DNA from: Girardia tigrina | Taxonomy: Eukaryota | NCBI GenBank assembly: GCA_001938485.1 | Contig: MQRK01219644.1 | Coordinates: 1-54,556 of the forward strand | Length of the DNA: 54,556 bases | Reading direction: 5' to 3' | Shown here: positions 37,761-48,797 of the stretch, piece after piece | Layout of the letters: each line of letters begins with the position of its first letter | Numbering within the stretch: position 1 is the first letter of the stretch | Translations under genes and position numbers: made by a program | The notes under the pieces: generated by a model | The model's database searches: none | What the model was told of the DNA's origin: nothing | The model's input: only the letters and a program-made list of their open reading frames with translations

Positions 37761-38299
37761 GAATTCTATCACTTGTCTTTCATCTTCGGTTTTCGATACG
37801 GGAATTGACGGAGATATTAGAGATTCTTGGATTTTCTTCAATAATTTCGATTTAAATGTCGTTCGAACCGACTTTATCGATATCAAAGAAGAAGTAGTAC
37901 TTCGCGTACTCTGATAATTGACGAATCTCTTGTCGAATATCGTTGCAATCTTCGTTGGTTTTAAGTTCGTGTTTTGGACTTGAGATTTCTCTAAAATTCT
38001 CGGATTCGATTTCGATGGATGAGATTCAGTTCTCATGTATTTTATTTTCAATAGCAATAAAAAATCGATATTCGCATAAATTCTTTATTAGATATCAAAT
38101 TTTCTATAATAAATAATACATTTAAACAAAGCAAATAATACATGTACTTTTTTAACTAACATATTTTTAACTTATCTATTTACAAAAAACTCAATTAATT
38201 AATACATAAAATTTCTAAACTATTAACATTTTTTTAATTTATTTTTTTTTAATATTCTCAAACAGATGAAAATGAAATACAATGATGGTGTCACAGTTT

Positions 38300-38463
38300 T
38301 AAATGAAGTTGAAACAAAATCAATGGAAGACTTTATAAATAAGATTACCTTGTTAGCCTACAATATTTTTGAGATTCTTCAAGTTATAAATGATAAGACT
38401 CAACGAGGTGTTTCACTAATTCAGCAATTTATTGGTAATTTGATTAAAGACAAAGATCAGACC

Positions 38464-38506
<43 letters not shown>

Positions 38507-38589
38507 AGAATTTGGAATGTCTTAGGAACTTATTTGAGAAATATATGATAATAAAATATCAAACTAAGACCTTAGTTTCCAAATTTTAA
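38300..38589 (+). mobile_element. hATm-like transposase C-terminal remnant interrupted by (TA)n at 38467-38503
   Basis: LQVINDKTQRGVSLIQQF..NLIKDKDQ resembles the VVND.AERGV.LI..F...LTKDE.Q motif recalled for hATm transposases. Confidence 0.55.
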
Positions 38590-39553
38590 ATCGTAAAATA
38601 ACTTTATATAGCTGTATAATATAGTCTAGTCCTTTTCTATGTATTATTTCTTAATTTTCATTGAATTAGGTTTTTACGGACATTTTTATTTTATCAATTG
38701 AATTACTTTGACACGCAATTAAAAGCTCCAAATAATAACATTCGAAAAACATTAGTCGATAATAATAATAGAAATGTTCATACCTAAGCTAATAAAGTTT
38801 GGGTAAATGAACAAAATTGAGACGTTTACTGAAATCGAAAATTTCTATTGATATAATTTTAAATAAATTTTGTATCTTTTCTTACGCCGAAATATGGGAA
38901 AAAAATATCGATAATTATTTCTAAGCATTACATAAGCATTACATTACATTAATATAAAAGGAAATATTAAATATAATTCTGGCTCCGATTGGCTTTTCAA
39001 AAATTAAACGTGTTTAAAAATTGATCTATCCCAAACAAACCATATCTGTGCCTAATAATTGATCAATTTATTCGCCTTCGTAATAGTCACTTTTTTGTCA
39101 AAACTGTTCAACATTATCCAAACTCACATTCATCAAAACTCGACCGTTAACGGTGCTATTTACATGAACTATCACTAACAATTCACCCACTACGCAGACT
39201 ATTCGAATCCGGATCCGATCAATAACGTTAGATTATTAAATTAACTTCTCATATCAACCGATTTTCTTGTTAATTACTTTCGTTTTATTTTTGTTCTGTT
39301 ATTTATAGTGATAGAATACATTTTCCCTTTATAAACAATTATTTGTTTTTATATACATCATCAATTTTAGAATAAAGAAGTTCATTTATCGTTACTAATC
39401 GCATCAGTTAACTTCTTTAATTAGTTTTAATGAAATGATGTTTTTAATTACTTTAAAAAGTCAAGATATAATTGGAAACTAATGACAAAATATTTTTAAA
39501 TTTAAAAAAAATTTAAGATTTAAAAAAGAAAAGAATTTATTTTTACAATGTAA

Positions 39554-42500
39554 TTAATGATCAAGAACCTTAGTCAATCGATTTGATTGTGAATGCTCAC
39601 TAATATGGGTTTTGAGATGTTGATTTGTCTCTTCAATGTGGGCCTCCCATCTCTTTCGAATGGTAAAGCAGCTCCCGATAGGCTTACTACGGGGTCGGAT
39701 AGTGTCGGTCTCCAAGATCATTTCGGCCTGCCTATAAGAAACGACTACCCTTTGTGTTGTATATACACGGTTCTGCCGCGAAAGTGACATCTGAACTCTC
39801 CCCTTGCAGTGAGATCTACAAAGTCAGATGTGTTTCTTCCGTACCTATCGTTTCCTCCACCGCTGTCGAGATAGTCGGGGGTTCATAATGGATTGAATCT
39901 CATTGCCTGAAATGTTGAGGTTTTCTATGACTCTTTCTTCTGTGTTATTTGTTGTAATGGTTTGCGCTGATGTATTGTTTGTTCTTCAATGTCTTCTGTC
40001 TCCTTCAATTGAGGTGCTTGATCAGCAACAACTTCGTTTTGTATGACTTTCTATATAGTGTACATGAGAATGGTAATTCTTGTGGTTATGTCTCTTTGGA
40101 TTGATCAGAATTAGCAGAAGCGGACACCACACGATCTGGTGTCACTTTTGATGTTTCTGTTAAGCTTCTTCTTGTCGGCAAACTCCTTGTGACATCTTTC
40201 TACTGGACATTGGTGATGTTTCTCTCTCTCGTTGATTAGCTTTGTAACAGTTGTTCTTGTCCTATTAAGTCTTCCAGATCAAAGTAATGAGTTTATGTAT
40301 GTTTACCTCGATACAGTAGACTCTCTGTAAATGATGCGTTTAATGAAATCCTAATAGACAGCATTATCCCCGAATAACCACTCGGAGGCATTCCGAGATC
40401 GATTGATTCTTTCTCCCACTGATCTTTTTTTCCCATCTGTATTTCTTCCCTCTAGATTCGTTTGATTGTCTTGTACTCCTCTAAAATTTCCATCTTACTG
40501 TGGAAAGTAAGGCTTTTACTCGAGATATTATCCATGGGATATGGTAATCCAATGTCTATGGTTTCCAAATGGGTCTTTTCAATCTTATGTTTCTTCTTAA
40601 CTAAGGTTATGAAGGTCATGCAACTTCTTAATGTTCTTGTCCGCAGTCCTCCACCTTTCACAGCCATAATAGACTATGGAGAATATACATGTGTTGATTA
40701 CTTTCTTCTTATTCCTCATACTCAGTTTGGAGCTCTTCCGCCCTGATCTCAGATCCCTTATCTTATGGGTTTCTTTCTTGATTCTTTCCTTCACTTCCGC
40801 GTCCAAGTTTCATGCTGACGAGATTGTGAATCCTAGGTAACTAAAGTTAGAGACCCACTCAATTCCGGCCTGAAGCTGGTACCCGCTGTAAAGATCCGAA
40901 TATCTCCGTTTAGTTTCAAAACTTTGATTTAACCGATGTTAATTTTGAAACCTAAATCTAAAGGGGATGCATTAAAAATGTTCAAATTATTTATCACATT
41001 GTTCGTCAACATAGGCTAGTCTGTTGATCTTAAGGAAGCTTCCATCTTCATGTTTCATCATCACTCCTCCAGAGACACTGATCAATATTGCTCTTTTCAC
41101 AACCGTGACGAATAAAATTTTGAACAAGAGCAGCCCTAAAACACAACCTTGACGCACTCATTTATTCATGTTGAAGGTTTCATCACCTATAGAACCTTCG
41201 AATCCCTCATGGAAAGCTTTGATGATCTCTTACATTTTCCCCCTTATCCCTAGTCTCTTTAAACCGCTCCAGAGAGACTCCCGGAGGACACTGTCGAATA
41301 CTTTCTCCAAGTCGATAAAGATGACATATATATTAATGTCCTTGTATCGCGCTTCCTCATGCAATTTCCTCAAGATACTTATAACCAACTGAGTTCCTCT
41401 TCCCGGCCGGAATCCATACTGCCACTTGTCCAGTATTGCTTCGGTGATCGGAGTGATTCGGTTCGCGATGATTCTGGCTAGAATATTTCCTCCTATATCT
41501 AAAAGAAAAATGCATCGGTAGCTATTTGGATCTTTTCGAGAGCCTTTCCCTTTGAAAAGAACCACCACTTTAGTCTCTCTCCAACTAGGTGGGAATGCCT
41601 CTAATCCGTTCCATATGTTCCTGAAGCACTCCTCAATTAGGGTTAGTATTTTCACACGCCCCCTTATAGATTTCAGGGATCAATCCATCAGATCTTACGG
41701 CTGTCCCACTCTTCAACTGCTTTACTACCTCAGTTATTTCTTCTCTCGTCGGTGGAGAATCCAAATCATCGAGATTTAGAGTGTCCCCAGCGATATCAGT
41801 CCGTTCCTTCTGCTCTAATGGTTCCCTAAAAAGATTATTGAAGTGGTTGATCAGTTCTTTGTTCCCAATAGGGTTCAAGGGATTACACAGAGTGTTCTCC
41901 TTCGATTGTGATTTACAGAGGATACGTAGTTCCGTAGTGAGGTCCTTTAGTTTTCCATATCCATCATTGTTGAGTATCTTCTCATTCTGTTTGTCTAAAG
42001 CCTCGACTCTTTCACGTTTCCATCTTCTGATATTCTTCTGGAGAAGTATTCTGCTTGATTTCCATCTAGAAAAATTGTCTTTGTTTCTAATCCTCACAAA
42101 CTCAGTGCATCTCACCCATTTTTCTCCAATAAGAATCTTTAACTCCTCTAGGTGACCATGTAGCCACTTTTGATTCGGAGGTGTTCGATCTGATCTTGTG
42201 CTTGCTCCACGGATTACATCGCAGATCTTTTGATTGATGGACTTCCAATCGGTACCTGAAAATTGAACATGCGGAAATGTTTCGATTATCGTTTCTTTTT
42301 TCTTCATGATTGCTTCTCGATCTGGTATTTTGTGTTTGCGCGTGTTTCTGTCGCTTTTTAGCCTCTTCGATCTTTTTTCTTCTTCCTGACTCTGGTAGTT
42401 ATAACTACCAGATCGTGATCGGTACCACAGCCAAATCCTGGGTAGCTTCGGTTGTCCGTATACCTATTAACTCGATTTCTTTCAATAAGAAAGAGATGTT

Positions 42501-42660
42501 GTTGGGTGAGTCCAGCTCGTTCTCTGGCTAAGTTTTTTCCTGTAAAAGGTGTTTTCAACACGCAGTCTACATGATATCGCCATCTCGGTAAGCAGCTCTC
42601 CGTTCTCCGACGTCTGCACTCCAGTGGCGATTTTTAAATTGGAAGACACGTTCCTTCACA
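39554..42660 (-). mobile_element. 5'-truncated non-LTR retrotransposon (RTE-like; APE endonuclease end plus RT), degenerate
   Basis: RSYPGFGCGTDHDLV (APE end), PPTREEI..LKSG.A..SDGLIPE, LFKGKGSRKDPNSYR.I.LL, QYGFRPGRGT, FIDLEKVFDSV, VRQGCVL, LAYVDE (YADD-like), FSYLG, YGCERW; multiple frameshifts. Confidence 0.92.
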
Positions 42661-42669
42661 AAAGCTCTG

Positions 42670-42850
42670 TCATGTTTTGAACAAACATGTATCTGTTGTC
42701 TTTTTTAATAATTCAATACAATATTTTCCATTCAACCTAATGACAAGAATTTCAAGAAAAGGAAGTTTATTATTTAATTTAGATGCTGTAATGAATTTGA
42801 TAATAATTATGAAGACCTTCAAGAACTTTAAAATAGGTTCTGTTCGGGAT
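42670..42850 (-). mobile_element. Penelope-like element RT fragment
   Basis: IKFIT...NNKLPFLEILVIR...KKTTDTCLF matches the PLE motif IKFT.E.E.NN.LPFLD.LV.R...YRKPT.T. Confidence 0.75.
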
Positions 42851-43300
42851 TCAATTATCGTTATTATATTGTCATTATCATTAATTATATATATGTATAT
42901 ATGAATATATTTAATGGATCCCGCGCTCTCTTTTTCGTCATTCGCCTTGCATGAAAAAACTGAACAAAACATTCTGAGATATTTTATTTTTGTGTTTGTG
43001 TTTTTTTTACCATGGAATTTGCAAAAATTTTGATTGGAAAAAATAATTTTTAATTTTTTGTAAAAATATTGAATCGAAAAATTAGTTTTAAAGGTAAAAA
43101 GCAATTATCGACATTAATAATTAGTATCGTATAAAATTGAATTTTGTTTGAATAATCATGGTTTTTGATGTGTTTAATATGTGAAATTATTATGAAAATA
43201 AATAAACGATTTTTAAATTTCGGATTTCTTTAATTTTGACTTTTCTGAAATATGGTCGATCAAAAAATAAGGAATATAATAAAATATAATAAAAAAAACT

Positions 43301-43600
43301 TCACAACACTTTAAAATTCTGTGCACTCAATTTAAAAATTATTGGGAGAGAGTGACATGTGAAGCGTTATATATGGATCTTTGGATCCTAAAATTAACGT
43401 TCAAACTGCACTCTCTACAACTTTGTTGACAGTTTTTAAATGATGTACTGATTACGTATTGATTGCATAATCATTAACTGCTCTATATAAGTAAATTTCG
43501 TTTGAAAATCATTTGTTCTGACGATGACGGTTAAACCGTCGAAATTAATAAATATTTTCAATTAGCTTTCAAATTTTGATATATAAATATTAATTACATT
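43301..43600 (+). mobile_element. Penelope-like element 3' end: GIY-YIG C-terminus plus 3' pLTR
   Basis: HFKILCTQFKNYWERVTCEALYM / (1-nt deletion) DPKINVQ..LTVFK* at 43301-43443 matches F.IL...R...EAL.I....P.LN.Q; a hammerhead follows. Confidence 0.78.
43502..43561 (+). ncRNA. Minimal type I hammerhead ribozyme
   Basis: CUGACGA (43518-43524) plus an extra U; helix II GACGGU-UAA-ACCGUC; GAAA (43541-43544); palindromic minimal helix III AUUAAU with AUA site; bulged helix I UUGAAAA..UGUU / AAUA-UUUUCAA. Confidence 0.8.
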
Positions 43601-44060
43601 TTTATTAATTTTTAATATCCTAAAAATATATCCAGTATTATTCTATAGGTATGTAATTTTTTAATAAATTAACCGACGATTTCCATTTTTTTGTAAAGAA
43701 AGTTTTCATACTTCAAACTTTTTAATTTCTTATAAATAAAAGAACAGTAAAATGTCAAATGTTTCTTTTCAATATACTAAGTTGAAGTATTTTTTTGACG
43801 TTAATAACTACCCATTTTAGTTCTAACAACTTTAGTAGAACAAAAAAATAAAATTTTATAATGAAGAGGAGACAAAAAATTTGTTATAAGTACAGCTTTA
43901 ATTTTATTTTTATATATTTCCTACTACTTTATAAACTACCCTTAACTTAGGAGTAAAGTTATATATTTCACAATTGATAAATATCATTCTTTTTGATATT
44001 TTTAAAATTAAGAGAAGATAAATAATAAAGATAAAGTTTATTTAAAAATAAATTATTAAC

Positions 44061-44183
44061 CTCAGGATTTCCAGAAACAAAAGGAAATATAGGAGGTATA
44101 TTATTTGGTGTCGGAAAAGTAGGATTAATACTAGAATACGTTGATTTAGGTTTATAAGGAATGGTGTTGCACCTGAGTGGAGT
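44061..44183 (-). CDS. PCBP: PCBP-like protein, exon after KH2
   Basis: TPLRCNTIPYKPK matches PCBP SPPKGVTIPYRPK; TGTAG acceptor, GTTAAT donor, 123 nt, phase 0/0. Confidence 0.88.
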
Positions 44184-44235
44184 CTACAAATAACAAAAAA
44201 AATTATAAAATGATAATGAGGAAATATTTATATAC

Positions 44236-44364
44236 TTCTTGAAGAATCGTTGAAATTTCTTGAATACAACGAGCCACCGCATTTGCAGTTCCTGAAACTG
44301 TGACACTTCTCTCAGAAGAGTTTGGCAATAATTCACTGGCAACTTGAATAGAAGCTCCGCACAT
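44236..44364 (-). CDS. PCBP: PCBP-like protein, second half of KH2 (upstream exons not found in window)
   Basis: CGASIQVASELLPNSSERSVTVSGTANAVARCIQEISTILQE matches [24 protein letters not shown]...; ATCAG acceptor, GTATAT donor, 52-nt intron follows. Confidence 0.92.
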
Positions 44365-45351
44365 CTGATAATTTATCCAATTATTTTACAAGTTAAGTAA
44401 CACTAAAATATTGTTGTTACTATTCGTTAACAAAATTAAGAAAACATATTTTATTTTGAAAAAAATATTTATTAACTATTTTGGTTACAATGATTCATTC
44501 TAATAAATTATAATTTAAAATTATTTACATACCCCTTGAAAATACTTCATCAGAAAATTAAATTTGATTGGTCTAATATAAACTTGTTACCCAAATTAGA
44601 CAATAATTTATACTTTTCTCTATAAAGAGTGATAAACCGCCTTATGATTCTTGTTTAAGTTTCTAAATAATATACATGTTCCGCCCGATCCCCGAGTTGC
44701 TCCAAGAACTGGACGGAGATAGCAGATGTGCAGGACTTGATCTTGTCGTCAGAGTTTATAAAGACGAATTACCGCCATCAATTTAATTTAAAATTTTTAT
44801 TATCAAAAGAAACTTTCTTGAGAAATTTTCGAAATCGATTAAAAAAATAAACCAAAAAAATCACAACAATAAAACTCTTTTATCACTAATTGATTCAATT
44901 TTCGACTGCAAAATTCTTTTACATTACTCGATTCCATTCACAACTCATCACCACAACTCGTACATCAAATAATATAATTGTCTGATTCGTAATCACAAAG
45001 TCAACGTTATTTTTTTTCGCTTTCACAAAGCCATATGTCTTTCCAAAATTCGTGAAATTGCAAAAGATCAACTTAAGGCCACATTGATGCATATGAGATT
45101 CAAAAACGCCCGTCCTCAGGGTCGCACGCAAAGGAAATGTCAACACATGATCAAAGGACTCAATTTGGTGTTATGTGATCCGTTCAGTTCTTCCAAGGTC
45201 TACACCACTTCCTTGAGGGCGTGTTCTACTTACTCTCTCACTCGCAAGTCATTAGTGAACGAATTATTACCTTCACCTAAAATGGGTAATTTTTACATTT
45301 TACAACTTTTATAAACGATCGAAAACAATCACATGAACCACCAACTAACAA

Positions 45352-45400
45352 TGGTATCAGAAGTGGGATTTGAATGCACGCCCCCAATCAGAGACCAGAA
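45352..45400 (-). pseudogene. 3' half of tRNA-Leu(CAA-type) with encoded CCA / extended primer-binding site
   Basis: Reverse complement TTCTGGTCTCTGATTGGGGGCGTGCATTCAAATCCCACTTCTGATACCA covers positions 38-76 including the long variable arm and T-loop; no 5' half. Preceded on the + strand by an LTR-like end ..CTAACA. Confidence 0.8.
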
Positions 45401-47931
45401 ATTCTTTTTGTATCAAATTAGAGTTAAATGAAAAAGAAATAAAAATTTTTTATTATTTTTATTTATAAAAATGTGTTTTTTAATGAAAATTATTTTTGTG
45501 TGTTTCTTAAAAAATCAGAAACGTTTTTGTTTAACTGTTAGTGGATACATGGGAATGTTATAATTTTATATAATTTTATAAAAAAAATTAACTAAATTGA
45601 GTATTTAATAAATGAAATAAATGAATTTCATCTTAATTATGCAATTTTGAATATTAAAAAAATTATGATCAAAACAAAATTATTGAAAAATTCATTCTTG
45701 TCAAAGATATACAAACAATCGTCGTATTTGATTTGTAACGACATTCAAAAGATGTTCGAAGAAAGTTTGAACTTATTGAGTGTCTCATTTAACTGTGGTG
45801 AAATCGATGGAAGCTTAAACTTTTTAAATTTGGACAATTTGCGTTGTGTAAATGAAAAAAAAACTGATAATGCTTTTCAAACATTAAAAAAGATTAGTAC
45901 TTAAAGTTTTCAAAGTGTTGGAGCAATATGAGACACAAAAAGAATAAAGCGACCAAGAGAACGTTTATTTGAACAAATGCTTAAGTATAGCGAATTTAAT
46001 ATTGGAGAAATTAACGTTTATTATCTTCAAGGAGATTGTACCACTATAGCCGCAAAAAATTCGTCTGTAGTAAATATTTTTGCAATATAATTATAGTGAA
46101 GGTATTTTTTAAATTTTTATCAATCATCATTAAAAATTATTTTACTGATGGTATGCTAAAATTTACAAAATGGCAGTATTGTAAAATCTAGAGTCTTTTC
46201 AAGGTACTTTTAGTTCGAGATTTTGTCCTATATGAATAATAAAATGAAATTTATCCCGTTAAATATTTTAACACATGATTTAAATTGAAATTATAAAATT
46301 GATAGAATATACTATACAGTAGGTATTGCCTATATGTAATTTGACTATATGCAATTATTGCAAATATGCATGTTTTTTTGCGGCACCAGGTGACTTGCAT
46401 ATAGACAATATCTACTGTAGTGATATTGATAAACGTAATATAAAATCTTCAAGAATTAAAAAAAAAATAATAATACAAATATTGGTTTGCTCTTGCACCA
46501 CAAAAAAGCTTTTGGAGTAAGTTTGGTAGTGATTAGTCGATGGTTGCTGTAACATTTTCTTTAAAAATTCATTGATATTATTTATTGATATTATTTAGAG
46601 AAATCCATGGAATTAGAGTTTGAAATTCATTTAACAGTTTGTATGCGGTCTACCGACCTTACCTTTTAAGACGTTATCAAACATTAGATTTTCTTAAACC
46701 AGTTTTTTTTTGCTGAGTACTACCAGATATAAATAAATATCCGGTAAGGATATCTAACAGACATATCAAATTAATGATCATACTGTCTGAGAAAAGTATG
46801 AACTCAAAATATATACAAGTAGTTTAAGTAGTAGTAAGTTTAAGTAGTTTAATAGTAATTTGTGTAATTTGTTGTTTAATAAATGTTGTTCTTTGATTGG
46901 ATTACATTGTAAATAATACATTACAAAAGACTTAACAATTTCGAGGAAGTATGAATAACTAATGTGAAGAATTTTAACAAGTTAAAGTAAATATTTTAAA
47001 TTTCTGACTTATTTTCTCATTCGAATCATTACATTCACACTACATATGAACTATAATTTAAAAAGAATGAACCAAATAATTTTGTAAATAATATATAATT
47101 CAAATATAAATTAACACGTACTTATGGGATGATGAATTTTCAAATTTTGCACGGAACTTGTGTCTACCGAAATGACATTTAAACAACTTTAAAATATTTC
47201 TTTTTTAATATACCTATTTAAATGTAATTTTGACATTTACTGTTCAATATCAGAAGTGCACAAGGATTTTAAGTACCATTTATATGTGTAGTTTAAATGC
47301 AAAATTAGTTTTATTCGTCTTCAGAACTATTAATATCCTTTCAGACATCCGATGAATAACTGTAATTTAACTGAAATATGAATAGATTTTTTTAAAAAAA
47401 AGCGTTGCTTATAATATACAATTTACGGAGTTATAAATATGCTAGCGGAGTACCCGCCGTGTATTTAGCAAATCTGAGAGTACGTGTAAGTATTTTCCAT
47501 TTTATAAAAGAAGACTTCTACTACTAATAATATTAAAACAAATTAGGCGTTTATAAATTTTATCTGAATGCTTATTATAATTTAATATATATGCAATATA
47601 ATAATTTAATATAAATAATAATATATTTATTTCTTATTTGCTTAATTAATTTAATTAATTTTCTTAGATAGTTTTCTAATATCAATTATTAGGTAGAGTG
47701 AGCATTTCAATATGCATAAAATAAACATTACACAAAATTTATCAAAAGTACAATAAAAAATAATTTCAAACAAATCACAGTCAATAATTATCCCTTAGAG
47801 TGTTCAAGTATTTTATGATCCAAAGTCAAACATGTATTTGGATTTTAACTTTATTCCAGACCAGTGAAGATTTATCTACATCAACACTCATTTATTGAGT
47901 TTATTATTCATTAAACTTTAACTTTCTGATA

Positions 47932-48624
47932 GGGCGTACTACAATTCATACGCTAATTTTACAAATCTTACGCTAATTTTACAATTTTTACGCACATTTT
48001 TGTACAATTTTTTTCGCTAAATGGAAAATACAATAAAAAATGCAACCAGCCTGTACTTTATTTTATGAAAAAAACAATTGTGAACTAACTGACATCTATC
48101 TTGATTATTATCAAAACACCAACTCAGCCCATCAATATCAAATTTATAGTTTTTTGGCTTGTGAAAAAAAAATTTGTCGATAGAAAAATAAACTATTAAA
48201 CTCTTTTTGATACTAAAAGCATAAATTAACTTAAAAATCTGTATTTCAGGTATTTTTTGTGTTTACTTGCTCGGAGTTAGAGTCCTTACGTTGTATTGTG
48301 CACTTTTTGTACTTTTTTGAAGCTTAAACAGTGTCAGCATGTCTGGTACGTATTGTATTTCAAAAAGAAATTGAATCTTGTTATTGAATATATAACCGAA
48401 AAGGCAAGAATAGGAAAACCTCAAATCATTCGTAATAATTCGAAGTGGAAATATTTTGTTACAAAAAGAAGACAAGAAATGAAAAATGAATAAAAATATT
48501 AAAAGTTTTTATCAAGAAATGTCTTTTTTATAGTTTTTTATTGTATTTTCCATTTACCGTAAAAGAATTGTGAAAAAAAGTGCGTAAAAATTGTAAAATT
48601 AGCGTAAATATTTGTATTTTCCCC
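47932..48624 (+). mobile_element. Non-autonomous MULE (693 bp) with SWIM remnant
   Basis: ~90-110-bp TIRs starting GGG and perfect 9-bp TSD TTTCTGATA (47923-47931, 48625-48633); internal CTFCTFLKLKQCQH is SWIM-like. Confidence 0.88.
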
Positions 48625-48797
48625 TTTCTGATATCCACAATTCATCAAGATTTCTTTAAATTTGATATCTTTTCCTATAAGTATTTGAATAAAATTCACA
48701 TTATTTATTACTAAATTTATTGTATGTCATTGAATTTTTCAAAACCTAAAGCAAAATCAGTTTTTATAAAGCATTTTAATGTTTTTCGATAGATATA

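Noticed and set aside
45352-45400. Functional tRNA-Leu gene
   Set aside because: No 5' half, D-arm or anticodon; T-stem mismatches; encoded CCA.
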